DNA of 64,000 bases from positions 434,001-498,000 of the forward strand of contig NIVC01000084.1 in the NCBI GenBank assembly GCA_002269645.1, read 5' to 3'. Each line of letters begins with the position of its first letter. Positions within the stretch are counted from its first letter, which is position 1. Below the pieces are notes generated by a model, which worked only from the letters and a program-made list of their open reading frames with translations, was not told the DNA's origin and ran no database searches. A program made the translations under genes and the position numbers. Positions 32,150 through 50,332 of the stretch are shown here, in pieces. This DNA is from Macrostomum lignano (lineage: Eukaryota).

Positions 32150-32850
32150 CTCTTGAATTGTGCTGCTTATACGCAATAGTGTAACTGACTCGCATTCAAT
32201 TGAGCATTCTCCGGTAGACTTCTAGTGGTTGTTGAGTTCATACAGCGCTTCAGTAGAGTCGTCAGGGCTATCGCCATGTACAGCAGCATTTATGATCGAG
32301 ATCCAGGCAAGATCCATGACTTCTTCGCTGCACTACTGAGGAATGAGCCAGGCTAATAAACTCCACACAATTAATCTCTTGCATAAGATTGTTGAACTCC
32401 GCGGAGTCTTCAGGTGCTAACTGTACATATCCGTTTAACTCCCTCATTTTACCTACCACTAAGGATACAACTGCATTCTGGTGCTATGTACACAACATTG
32501 TAGCGAAAATAGTAATCAACAATCACTAGCAGTGTCTTTGTCAATCACTAGCAAATGACCTTTGTCATCTACATTGACAGGCTTCCAAAGCTGCCTTGGA
32601 CAGATCCGAGTCGGGATGATCGATGGGTTTCGAGTTTGAGGAAGAGATCGGTTTTAACTCACGCACAATGGGACAGAGTTCTGCAAAAGCATTCCTATAT
32701 GTCCTTCGTGCGCTGTTCGTAGCATGTTTGCTAGTGAATTCCGAGGAATTAAAAAGCGATCAAGATACATTAGAATTTTATTCATTCTTGACAGTTGCTT
32801 TAGCAAATTGTATGAGCCAGTGGATGTTAGACGTTTTCTATATTTCATTT
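32150..32850 (-). mobile_element. Degraded Ty3/Gypsy-type integrase relic; further copies ~31490-31900 and ~36700-37260
   Basis: Frameshifted translations: QLSRMNKILMYLDRFLIPRNSLANMLRTAHEGHIG (integrase zinc-binding region), WKPVNVD..GHLLVI and LLVIVDYYFRY (rve core), DSAEFNNLMQEINCV, ISIKNAA..DDSTKAL. The copy at ~31800 reads LLVIGNYYSHYP. Confidence 0.72.
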
Positions 32851-34688
32851 TTAATTGAACCTCCGCTGCTTGAATTCCTCTAAAGCTTCACATATCTGTT
32901 GATTTAAAATACCGTTTAAACTCGTTCCTGCCATGACTTGATTTACATGTACAATGCATTCATCCGCTTTTCTATTTGAAGCACTTTACTTTTCTATTAA
33001 CTTTTACTCAAACTGCTTTGTTTTAAAAGGCTGTCTTGATAAGATCAAAGTTCAAATTTCTGCATGCGCAACGCCCATCTCTCAACTCAGATGGCGTTCG
33101 AACCGGGTCGGAAGCATCCCAAAAGCGTCTTAATGATCCGTAATAATCGAAAACTTTGTAGCGCCCAGAAGAACAAATCTCAAACTCGCAAAACCACAAG
33201 CCCTTTCAATTGCAAGAGTTTCATGTTCGAAACGACTGTATATGGCGTCTTTCGACTGCTCCCAGGGTTGCACAGCAGATAGGTTTCACATCGCCTTTCT
33301 TGTCAATCTGCGTTTAAAACCGCCTCCAGATTTACTGATGAGGCGTCGACTTATGGTTCTGTTTGAACAGACGATCCGAAGTAGGCAAGTGCTTGAGCGT
33401 TTAAAGCACGCTTATCATCTCTTTAAATGCAATTTTCTGTAGCCGTCGACCATTGCCAGCGGAAAATTTTGGTGATAATTTTTCTTGCTGATCTTAAACT
33501 AAAATCAAGAGCCGTCCATTGCATGTCAGAGACGAATAAACGATGCAACCCGGTCTTTCCATTGAGGAAATATCGATATTATTTAACTACTAGATCTGCG
33601 AAGGGTGTATAAACTTATATAAATATTAATAGACCTTAACAAGACTTGCCTTAATGGCAACAGTTTTTATTTTTGTTTTCCTACAGTGACAATGAAAAAA
33701 AATCAAAACAAAAGTCTCTTTTCGCTGGATCGAGTAAATTTTGTCTAGCTTTTTAATGAACATAGATGCTTGCATAGTGTACATAGAAACTATATGTACA
33801 TTCAAATTGATACTTCGTATTTGGTATTGAGCAGTGAAGAATAGCTGTATAGTGTTGAAGTTGTTTCCTTCATCGACCAAAATTACCCCGCTCCAGTATA
33901 CATCATACTATAGAAGAATTCTGAATTTCAGGATCTTGAGATAAGTAGAGTAATACTACTGTAAAGATCTAATGACGACACATTGCAAAAGATGAAAGCA
34001 TTACTATCAATTTAGATTCATGACTTTAGTTGCAACTATTACGCTCGTAGTTCCATCCTTTTTCTGCGAGTCTCTTCTGTAGAGCATTGAATACAATTCC
34101 TTTTTCGGGGTAATCATGGATCAACTGAACATCCATAATGTGTCGTACTAATAAGGGAATAGCTTGCAGTATTGCATCCCAGAAAATGAGACAAGAATGA
34201 GACACTCAGGCGTCTGTTTGGTTTAATGCCTAATTAGTGATTGTTGCTAACAGGGTTTTCGATTGTCTACATCCGTGCTGGAGGAAACCCAATTAACAAA
34301 AAAGGCAACTTGAAGAATCCAACTTGCCATACGAAAATGAACCAGTTTTCTTGTACGAGACAATTCCCGACAGCTGCAAAGCCTGCCACTCGCTACATAA
34401 TTGCCAAGGGGGTTTGAGGGACTGACGGCTGCTTGAACATGCAGCCGGCTGGTGCGCCCACACGTATCGTATGCCCTTGGCTTGGGTTCCATTGTAACCA
34501 GAATGGCTAATGAACCAACCCATCCAGGAAGTGAAAAAAATTAAAAGCCTTCCTTATTTAGACCCAGTAAAGCAGCACTGAATTTGAAAGTCGCATCTGT
34601 CAAAAACTGCCAAGAAACTTCACTGCTCCACGCCTGAGATAAAAAGATTCAGTTTGATTGCAGTCAATAAAATATTGAAAGTCACAAT

Positions 34689-35680
34689 ATGATGTATTGC
34701 GCTTTTTCAGCTTGGTGGATACTGTTGATGGCTCTAATGCCTGCCTACCAGTGCAGGACCGGAGACACCTGGACTCAGGTGCACGTGCACTGCCTGTCCG
34801 ATGCTGCCGCCTTCCGCATCTCCAAGGCGGTCTCAGAGCGGCACTGCAGCATGCAGGCGACCGATGCCTTTCCATCCGGCATTCTCGTTGCCCAGTTCGA
34901 GCCGGCCTCTCTCCGCTGCAGTCTCTTCCGCTACCAGTCCGTGTGTCGCGACCTTGTCTCTGGCGGTGCGAGCAGCGACTGCCGAGTGCTCATCCGATTT
35001 CCGATCAAATATCCGGCTCAGCTCAACCCGAAGCTCACAAACGTGTGGCTCGGAGACGACATATCTGCATTTGAGAATGTCGTGTGCCAGGCTGACGAAG
35101 AGACCAACCGAATTTATCCGGTCGGAGTCCAGTGGACAGAGGAGGGCGCCGCGTTCGATGGGAGCAGCTCGTTTCTGGCCATGAACAAGAGCGACATCGG
35201 GTTCGGCACAGGCGTCACGGTGCTGCTCAGGATGAAGCGACAGCCGCAGGTGCAGGCCTTCCTTGAGTTCCTGGACTGCGCCAATTTTGATACCGAACTC
35301 CCACAGCATCACATCTGGGAGCATAACGCTGCTTCCAAACTTCTTTTCGTGATCAAAACCGAAGCTGGTTCTGCTCCCAGACGCTATCGAACCTCGACAA
35401 CTCCGCTGACTTCGAACGCGAACGAGTGGGTGAACATCGGATTTACATCAACTCCAGCGGCTGACTCGTGGGGAGTGTTTGTGAACGACACATTTTATCG
35501 ACGGCCTCTTTCAGCCTGAGTACTAGTGTCGAGTTCACCTTGCTTCCACAGAACTGCTTCAGGTTCGGCAAGCGACTGAATGACACTCGAATGTTCAAAG
35601 GGACACTGCGGGCTATCGCCATGAGCAACGTCACCATGTCTGAGAGCGAGATTCGCGACTTCTATGTCGTCATCGGCTAA
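34689..35680 (+). CDS. Copy C: PAN-like + LamG secreted protein with a 1-bp frameshift
   Basis: ORF 34689-35519 plus the overlapping 35468-35680. T-run at 35493-35496 is one base shorter than in copy D. Pseudogene or sequencing error. Confidence 0.68.
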
Positions 35681-38370
35681 AAGGTTTTGTGTGACTCTTG
35701 GCGAACTAACAAGCAGTTGAACTTTTTTCAACCAATTCTAAAAGCCTGCTTCTTTGAACTCGTAGATTTACCTTTTAATTGGCTTAACTTTGGAAGATTT
35801 GTTGGTTCGGATTAGTGAGCTGCAGTTGAATGACGTTTGGAATGTACTTCAGCCTTACCTTAAAGTTTACTACGGACAAAAGTATTTAATTATCTACAGC
35901 GCAGCTTTGTTACAATGTCCCAATATTCTCTCAACACTTAATTTAACTTCTTTAATAAGATTTCACAAGCCAGTTCTGCTCTGAAGTTTTTGCTTTTGTT
36001 TGGTTTTTCTTTTCCTTCCCAGAAACGCCCACGTTGGCTTTTTACAAATGATTGGTAGGCCTGTGCCAAATGGGTCTTGTAGTTTGAGGGTGAAGCAGGG
36101 GTATTTCCTGTTCTCGCTAATGCAGGTTCAGCATCCTAAATTCCGACAAAGCAGTGCACAATGGAACGGTTTCGGCTTTTATTGACCAACTTTCTAGAAT
36201 TTAAAGCAGGGAGTGTAGAAAACATTAGAGGCTCGCACAAGTTTTCCGGCCTAGAGGCTAAAATTACGTAATGAATAGAATGTTTCTTACCTGCTTTCCA
36301 TTCGAGATTGACGCTTATGATTCATAGTCAACTTCAGCCAAGCAACTGGAAGTTTTTTATTCGCTTCTATCCAAGTTTTTTAAAGCCTTTCTGTAGCACC
36401 ATCTTTAGTTTGGTGCTACAGAAGATAAATGCATGTACATACGAGTAGTTTGTCTGGGGCCTATCCTTAATAAACGCCCCGCCTTTTTCGAACAAATAGC
36501 TAGCGATGACAGATGGTGATTAATACGTTTGGCATAACTCAGAATCAGCTGACTTAGATGGATACAGCTCACGTCTCCGTTAGCCTCGTGAAGCAACCTG
36601 AATTAAGGGATATTATGCAGCATGCTAATTGACTTCCGGTATTGGTGAAACTACTGAGTTGATGGTCAAATAACCAGAAAGGCGGATGGTTTTCCTCTTG
36701 CATTGTGCATTAGTGTAACTGACTCACATTTAATTGGGCATTCTCCGGCAGACTTCAAGTGGTTGTTGAGTTCATACAGCGCTTTGGTAGAGTCGTCACG
36801 GCTATCGCCATGTACAGCAGCATTTTTGATCGAGATCCAGGCAAGATTCATGACTTCTTCGCTGCACTACTGAGGAAGGAGCCAGGCTAACCTCCACACA
36901 ATTAATCTCTTGCATAAGATTGTTCAACTCCGCGGAGTCTTCAGGTGCTAACTGCAACTGCAACTGCATTCTAGTGCTATGCACACAACATTGTAGCGAA
37001 AATAGTAATCAACAATCACTAGCAGTGTCTTCCCTGATGGCAAATGACTTTTGTCATCTGCACCGACAAGCTACCATGCTGCCTTGGACAGACCCGTGTC
37101 GGGATGATTGAAAGGATTTTAAGTTTCCGGATGAGATCGGCTTCAACTCTCTTTATGTTCTTCGTGCGCTGTTCGTGGCAGATTTGCTAAAGAATTATAT
37201 AGAATTACAAAGCGATCAAAGTAAATTAGAATTTCATTAATTCTGGGCCGTTGATTTTGCACATTATATGAGCTAATGAACTTTAGAATTGTTCCATAGT
37301 TTATTTTTAATTGAACCTCAGCGCGCGCTGCTTTATTTCAATAGGATTTCCTCTACGTCATAAATCTACTTTGACCTGGTCATTTAAAAAACCGTTTAAA
37401 CTCGTTGCTGCCATGACTTGATTTACAAGACATTCATCCACCTTTTCACCTGAATCACTTTACTTTTCATTTTTCATCTCAATTTTATTCAAACTGGTTT
37501 GTCTTGAAAGGCTGTCTTGATATTAGATCGAAGGTCAAATTTTACTCCTATCTCTATCAACTCGAGGCGGGTTCGGACTGGATTGAAAACATTCCAAAAG
37601 CGTTTATTGATCCATAATGATAGTAAACTTCGTAGTGCCTAGAAGAACACATCTCAAACTCGGATCAAATTTCCTTATCTGTAGCCGTCGACTATTAGCA
37701 CTTTTGGGGTTAAATTTCAATTGCTGATCTCAAAGTACTTATCGAGAGTGGTGCTTTATATTTCATCATACCATTAGCTACATGTCGGAGACAAATAAAC
37801 GATGCAACCCGGTATTTTTCTTTAACAAAACCATGGATTAAATGTCGATACTACTTAATACAAGATTTACGAGGGTGTCTATACTCGTGGAAATATTAAT
37901 AGTCTTAACAAGTCTCGTCTTGATAGAAAAGATATAGAAAATATACTTTCACATTGGTATGTGGTGTTGTAGTTGTTTCCATTAACTACCGAAATTACCC
38001 TGCTCCAGTTTACACTCATATTATAGAATAATTTTCAATTTCAGGATCATGAGATAAGTTGAGTAATAGTATCATAAATAGCCATTTAGCCCCCCTCTGA
38101 GGGGCGCAAGAATGACGCCAAGTGGTTTTTATTTTGACCCAAGAGTAACCTAACTAACTATCCAAAATGTTGATTGTCATCTGTAAAAAATTACTTTTCA
38201 TTTTAATTAAGATTTTTAAAAAAGTAATTTTTAATAATAAATATAATAATAAATATAATAATTATAATATATATAATAAATATTATAGTCGATAAGGTGA
38301 AATTCAAGTCGAAACGAAATAAACAAGTCAACTAACTCAGCACAGCGTGAAGAGTTCGCTTTAGCACACT

Positions 38371-38401
<31 letters not shown>

Positions 38402-38647
38402 GAGAGAGAGAGAAAGAGAGAGAGAGAAGAGAGAGAGAATTTAGTCTAGTGTCTAAACGCACGAACTCCCACTTCCAGACCTCAAGCCTGGGAACAAAAT
38501 TCAGTGTTCACTTACTGATGCTGGCTCCTCTTCCTTGCCGGGCAGGTTTTCCGAGCTCGTCTCTTCAAATCTTCTTCTTGCGGAGTAGTCTTCTTGAATT
38601 CTAGAATCGGCCGAAAAGAGAGCTTCATAATTTATAGCCCGTCGACG

Positions 38648-39245
38648 TCAATATATTCCTCGAGTGCAGAAATCAATATATTCCTCGAGTGCAGAAATCA
38701 ATATATTCCTCGAGTGCAGAAATCAATATATTCCTCGAGTGCAGAAATCAATATATTCCTCGAGTGCAGAAATCAATATATTCCTCGAGTGCAGAAATCA
38801 ATATATTCCTCGAGTGCAGAAATCAATATATTCCTCGAGTGCAGAAATCAATATATTCCTCGAGTGCAGAAATCAATATATTCCTCGAGTGCAGAAATCA
38901 ATGTATTCCTCGAGTGCAGAAATCAATATATTCCTCGAGTGCAGAAATCGATATATTCCTCGAGTGCAGAAATCAATATATTCCTCGAGTGCAGAAATCG
39001 ATATATTCCTCGAGTGCAGAAATCAATATATTCCTCGAGTGCAGAAATCAATATATTCCTCGAGTGCAGAAATCAATATATTCCTCGAGTGCAGAAATCA
39101 ATATATTCCTCGAGTGCAGAAATCAATATATTCCTCGAGTGCAGAAATCAATATATTCCTCGAGTGCAGAAATCAATATATTCCTCGAGTGCAGAAATCA
39201 ATATATTCCTCGAGTGCAGAAATCAATATATTCCTCGAGTGCAGA
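38648..39245. repeat. Highly homogeneous 25-bp minisatellite (aatatattcctcgagtgcagaaatc), ~24 copies; (GA)n at ~38372-38438
   Basis: Direct reading; no spacers between units. Confidence 0.97.
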
Positions 39246-40825
39246 GATGCGCCCTAATAATAAAGTCAACTCTATAACCATAGTGAGGTCCTCCGAAAGG
39301 GCGTCTTCTTCTAGAAATAACGGAATCGGAGTCGTGTGCTCCTATCGGTTACTCTAGGGTACCGAAATCAATCAATCAGTAGTCGACTAAGAGTATCGGA
39401 ATCGGTCCGCAGATCCTATCCAATCCCTTAGGAATAGGGAGGCCTCAAATTCAATAACTCAATAAATCGACTGATCAGTAACGGCCGGCAATGACACAGC
39501 TCTCAATAATCGAATAACAAAGACTCCAAAAACAAAGACTCTAACAAAGGCCTACCAATTGGTGTTTGTCTCTCTCAGAGATATAGCCTTGCTTAGTAAC
39601 TCTGGCTAAGCCTAAGATCTCTTAAGGCTGCTCCGAGTCTGAGGTTTCAGCTCGGATTTTCGCTTGTATTTTTATGCACGATTTCATTCGACCTTGAGCT
39701 TCAAACCGGTTTTATTGATAAGAATCAAAAGATGGACTTTGTCTCTTGACCGGTGGGGTTTTACATAGAAAAGGGGTGAAGCTTGGGTCGCATTTAAGTT
39801 GACATTTACCATATTTGGAAGGATGTTGAAAACCGGTTTTTTGGACTATGGAATGATCAATCGCTGTTTACGTGATATTGCATGTACGAGCTCGTAGTAC
39901 TGAAAGTAGAGTATGACGCATGTTAGTTTTTAAATAGTATTCATGTTTTTATCTTACCACTTCTAGTAGGCTATAAGGCTTGGAGATCTCTACAAGCGTG
40001 CAGATTTGCAGATTAACGAACAAGGCGTTTTGGTCAGCAGATCCCGCCGGACTCAGTAAGTGGTTGGTGGCTCTATCCAATATTCCTTATCTAACAGGTA
40101 AAATACTACCCTACCCACCAAGTGAGTGTCCATATCTAACAGGTAAAATGCTATTCTATCCACCTTGTGAATTAGTAAGGAATGTATTGAAATGTCTAAC
40201 GGACACAGTAGAATTTCACCTGTTAGATAGGAACACAGTTTGTGGGCAAAGTATCATAGCTACGTCGTATTATGTTATACATACTCAACGTAGAGTCGGG
40301 TGCAGAAAAGTATTGAGCGCTAAAAGCGCCAAAACAATAAAAAAAAGTCATTGACGATGCGTGAACAAATGTTTTTATCCCAATTTATAAGTTCGAAAGT
40401 TGTTAAAAACAGATTTTATTGCGATCCAATCCTGGAACCGGCTGATTCTGAACACAAAAGCAATTTGTTTTATCTAATGAATCAGAATGGACAATAGAAC
40501 AAAAAAGAATTCGGAGCAGCTTAAATTTGCGAAATCCTACTACTGAAGTTGACTAACTGTTAGAAATAAATTAGGACATGCTCACAAAACTGCACTGTAG
40601 TGAGGTAAATAATTTTATCGGCAGTAAAATTTGAAGTAGGGCTCAAGTAAATTCACATTCGAAACATATTTCAACCGCAGTTCATTCAGACATCTGATTA
40701 AAAAAATTTCCAAAGTCCAGCCTATTACAAGGTAAATCCACGATTTCAAAGCAGCAGCGTTCGAATATTCATTGAAAAAAGTTCAACTGCTTGTTGATTC
40801 GTCGAGAATCACACAAAACCTTCGT

Positions 40826-41890
40826 TCAGCCGATGGCAGCAAAGAAGTGGCGGATCTCGCTCTCAGACATGGTGACGTTGCTCATGGCGATGGCCCGCAG
40901 TGTTCCTTTGAACATTCGAGCGTCATTCAGTCGCTTGCCGAACCTGAAGCAGTTCTGTGGAAGCAAGGTGAAGTCGACACTATTACCCAGGCTTAAAGAG
41001 GCCGTCGATAAAAAGGCGTCGTTCACGAACACTCCCCACGAGTCAGCCGCTGGATTCGACGTGAAGCCGATGTTCACCCACTCGTTCGCATTCGAAGTCA
41101 GCGGAGTTGTCGAGGTTTGATAGCGTCTGGGAGTGGCACCGGCTTCAGTTTTAATCACAAGAAAGAGTTTAGAAGCAGCGTCGAACTCCCAGAAGTGGTG
41201 CTGCTGGGGTCCGGTCTCAAAATTGGCGCAGTCCAGGAACTCAAAGAAGGCCTGCACCTGCGGCTGCCGCTTCATCCTGAGCAGCACCGTGACGCCTGTG
41301 CCGAACCCGATGTCGCTCTTGTTCATGGCCAGAAACGAGCTGCTCCCATCGAACGCGGCGCCCTCCTCTGTCCACTGGACTCCGACCGGATAAATTCGGT
41401 TGGTCTCTTCGTCAGCCTGGCACACGACATTCTCAAATGCAGACATGTCGTCTCCGAGCCACACGTTTGTGAGCTTCGGGTTGAGCTGAGCCGGATATTT
41501 GATCGGAAATCGGATGAGCACTCGGCAGTCGCTGCTCGCACCGCCAGAGACAAGGTCGCGACACACGGACTGGTAGCGGAAGAGACTGCAGCGGAGAGAG
41601 GCCGGCTCGAACTGGGCAACGAGAATGTCGGATGGAATCGCATCGGTCGCCTGCATGCTGCAGTGCTGTTCTGTGAATGCCTTGGAGATGCGGAAGGCGG
41701 CAGCATCGGACAGGCAGTGCACGTGCACCTGAGTCCAGGTGTCTCCGGACCTGCACTTGCAGGCAGGCATCAGAGCCATCAGCTCAAGAGTGGCAAGCAG
41801 AAGGCCAACTGCAGATGCGGAAGTAAGTTTTATCTTTAACATAAATCTGAGACCGAAAAAGTAAGGAATTGGTGTCTTACCTGTATACAT
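40826..41890 (-). CDS. Copy D: PAN-like + LamG secreted protein, intact
   Basis: 354-aa open frame. A likely 72-nt GT-AG intron (41880-41809) gives the signal peptide MYT|VGLLLATLELMALMPACKC. Confidence 0.72.
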   Translation of the reverse strand: MYTGKTPIPYFFGLRFMLKIKLTSASAVGLLLATLELMALMPACKCRSGDTWTQVHVHCLSDAAAFRISKAFTEQHCSMQATDAIPSDILVAQFEPASLRCSLFRYQSVCRDLVSGGASSDCRVLIRFPIKYPAQLNPKLTNVWLGDDMSAFENVVCQADEETNRIYPVGVQWTEEGAAFDGSSSFLAMNKSDIGFGTGVTVLLRMKRQPQVQAFFEFLDCANFETGPQQHHFWEFDAASKLFLVIKTEAGATPRRYQTSTTPLTSNANEWVNIGFTSNPAADSWGVFVNDAFLSTASLSLGNSVDFTLLPQNCFRFGKRLNDARMFKGTLRAIAMSNVTMSESEIRHFFAAIG

Positions 41891-42833
41891 TTCGTAATCA
41901 AATCGGTAACCGTTGTAAAAAAGTTTGCAAAATTAGTGAAGGGAAAAATTAGTAAAACCCCAGAGTTTAAGGATCACTTTTTAGAGGTTTGGAGGTTTCC
42001 TAAAAGTGAAGTGGCCACGCTTTTAAAAGAATTCTGACTGCCATTGTCTTCAAAACTCTTGGAAAATGCTTCAACAGGTGAACACTTAAAGAGGCTTGGC
42101 AGTTCTCGGCCACCCTGAGCAGGCAGCAGCCCTTCGACTGGTTTTTCTCTCAACGCCTGCGACAGGAGCCTGAGTGTTTAAGATCGTCGACCCAGCCATT
42201 GTCAAAGAATGTAGCTTCTGCAGCCTCCGCTGCTTAGAGAAAATCTGCCTACTGGGTGTTGAGAGTGAGCAGGAATCAATACAATTTGCAGCTTTTGTTT
42301 CACAGAATCGGCGGGCCTTTGAGTGGGCCGAGTGTTGCGTGACAATGCAGCTGCTTGAGGTGGCTTGCCTACCTGCTCTTTCTTTCTTTCCAATTACTAC
42401 CTGAATGTCTTCTAGGAGGTTATTTACAAAGAAGAAGCTACCAGCTAGGGAGTGGCGCTGGCAAAAAAAATTCCCTCAAAAAATCTCCCGCGTTGAAACT
42501 TGGCGACAATTTAAAATTATGACCATTCCGTCTTAGACCAGTTCTTTGGACGTGATCAACTACACATAGATGCGTATTTTAATGATGAAGAATTAATACC
42601 CGCTTTGAGTAGGAGTATCTGATAGAAGCAAGTGCTTGGTAACGGAGAATCAGGAGTTTTTAAAATGACTTGAAGTAAACCAGAGGCAGGCTAAACTTTT
42701 TGACAAAACACCGGCAATTAACAGTTGACAAATGATCTAAAAAACTGAAGTTTGGCCAAGCAAACTCAGCTCAATTCGTCTCACAATAAAATCAGGGTAA
42801 ATGAACTAAAAGTTCATGAGGCTGTCTTGAAGC

Positions 42834-43620
42834 CGCACTGCAGCATGCAGGCGACCGATGCGTTTCCATCCGGCATTCTCGTTGCCCAGTTCGAGCCGGC
42901 CTCTCTCCGCTGCAGTCTCTTCCGCTACCAGTCCGTGTGTCGCGACCTTGTCTCTGGCGGTGCGAGCAGCGACTGCCGAGTGCTCATCCGATTTCCGATC
43001 AAATATCCGGCTCAGCTCAACCCGAAGCTCACAAACGTGTGGCTCGGAGACGACATGTCTGCATTTGAGAATGTCGTGTGCCAGGCTGACGAAGAGACCA
43101 ACCGAATTTATCCGGTCGGAGTCCAGTGGACAGAGGAGGGCGCCGCGTTCGATTGGAGCAGCTCGTTTCTGGCCATGAACAAGAGCGACATCGGGTTCGG
43201 CACAGGCGTCACGGTGCTGCTCAGGATGAAGCGGCAGCCGCAGGTGCAGGCCTTCTTTGAGTTCCTGGACCGCCCCAACGTTGAAACTTTAAATCTTGGA
43301 GCACAACGCTGATCAAATCTAAAGCCGGTGCCGGTACTAGACGCTATCAAACCTCGACAGCTCCACTGACTTCGAACGCAAAAGAGTGGGTGAACATCGG
43401 CTTCACATAGACTCCAACAGCTGACTCGTGGGGAGTGTTTGTGAATAACACCTTGCTGACGGCTTCCATCAGTGTGGATGACCATTCAAATTTAAACTTT
43501 TTTTTCAGAACTGCTTCAGATCGGCAAGCGATCAAACAATGCAGGAGGGTTCAAAGGAACCGTCACCATTGGCGGCGCGTCTTCGTGTAAGAAGGCGTGA
43601 TCCGCTAGTCTTTGCTAAAT
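42834..43620 (+). pseudogene. Copy E: 5'-truncated, 3'-degraded PAN-like/LamG copy
   Basis: Core HCSMQATD..RQPQVQAFFEFLD intact; deletion and stop at 43312; residual homology (EWVNIGFT, DSWGVFVN) out of frame. Confidence 0.78.
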
Positions 43621-44210
43621 TTCTATGAACTTAACCTAGCAGATATTATTGTTGGAACAGATTTTTATTAACAGAATTTTCATATGATCTTTCGATGTAA
43701 AATTACGCAATGCGGACTGCATGGGTCAAATTAATTTAAAAATATTCAACTGCATAGAAAGAGAATTAGTGCATTTCTTAAACTTATAAGTGTGAGTCTC
43801 GCAAGTGCTTCAGAAATCCATGACTCTTTATTAGTTTCTTTATTCCGATATATCTTTCACTCAAAGTGTACAATTAGGATTTTAAGAAACATCTACTGAT
43901 AAAATATTGTTTCTTTACTATATTTTACTTTTTAATAGTTAGCTATGTAAAGACTGGGTTGCTCAATCAAATAAAAGCAAAGTATGTTATTCTGATACAT
44001 TAAAGGCAGAAAATAGTCTCCAAGATTGTACAAAATCACAAATAATTTTTAGTGGGGTTTAAATACGAAATTAAAATAGTACTTATTTAGTAATTTATAT
44101 CGATTTTAATACATATACACAAGGAACCCAGTCTTTTAACCTTAATTAACCAAAAAAAGTAAAAAGCAAAAGCCAGTTGACAACTAGGACGGTCAAACAG
44201 AAACCCCGAC

Positions 44211-49668
<5,458 letters not shown>

Positions 49669-50049
49669 GTACGAGTCCGCGACAAATAAAGTAGAAGTAG
49701 AAGCAAATTCCACTGGAAACCATGCAGTTTTCGTTAAAAGTCACGATAAGCAATTCTAGGAATTTCTAGGAATCTAGGAATTCTGGAAAAGCAAAATTTC
49801 AGTTATTCCTCCATAGTGTATTTTTGTGTAGTGTAATATTTTTGTCTAAATTTCTCTGACCTTTAGAAGTGGTGAATAAAAAATGGGCCGCATCATCTCA
49901 CTTCGGTCAGCTAATTTGGCTTGTGTTCCTCTGACCGGGCCTCGAAATGTAGGAATAATGCGGATTTGTCTACGTACGCATGGTTCCGAGTGCTGTAATG
50001 GATAACCGTAACCATTCCTCGGACCCATAATTAATATTTGATTACGCCT

Positions 50050-50332
50050 GCTCTAATGGACAGATGTACAACCGACAGCTCAGCCGCAGCTATTGCGCGG
50101 TGCATCTGAAGGCTGCGTACGGCTGTTCAGTCCAAGGACTGGGGGGGGGGTCGCCACACACAGCTTCAATTACCTCAGCTAATGCTAGCACCCATTTTAC
50201 AGCTGTTTGAACTGAAGCAATGCAGAGTAAAGTGTCTTGCCCAAGGACACAAGCGTTCCAGTGGGATCAGGAATCGAACCCCCGACCATCCAGTCGCGAG
50301 TCCGACGCTCTAACCACTAGGCTACAACCCCC
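50050..50332 (-). mobile_element. tRNA-derived SINE
   Basis: Minus strand head GGGGTTGTAGCCTAGTGGTTAGAGCGTCGGACTCGCGA..GGTTCGATTCC (A and B boxes), followed by GTGTCCTTGGGCAAGACACTT, a conserved central-domain-type motif of metazoan SINEs. No tRNA acceptor-stem closure. Confidence 0.82.

Larger units (their letters stand above)
30640..38070. repeat. Diverged direct segmental duplication: ~30640-33960 vs ~35860-38070
   Basis: Colinear matches, e.g. aatgattgg..gtcttgtagtt (30795/36047), aaggctgtcttgata (33027/37508), aaacgatgcaacccggt (33538/37797), tttcaggatc.tgagataagt (33926/38039). Confidence 0.85.

Noticed and set aside
33336-33400. Hammerhead ribozyme (CTGATGAG core)
   Set aside because: No stem II followed by GAAA; other CTGATGA sites (~30855, 31610, 31825) also fail.
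38648-39245. CRISPR-like array of 25-bp repeats
   Set aside because: Units are head-to-tail with no unique spacers, there are no cas genes, and the context is eukaryotic.
50260-50332. Functional tRNA gene
   Set aside because: A and B boxes are present, but there is no acceptor-stem closure and it runs into a SINE body that is repeated at ~25570.
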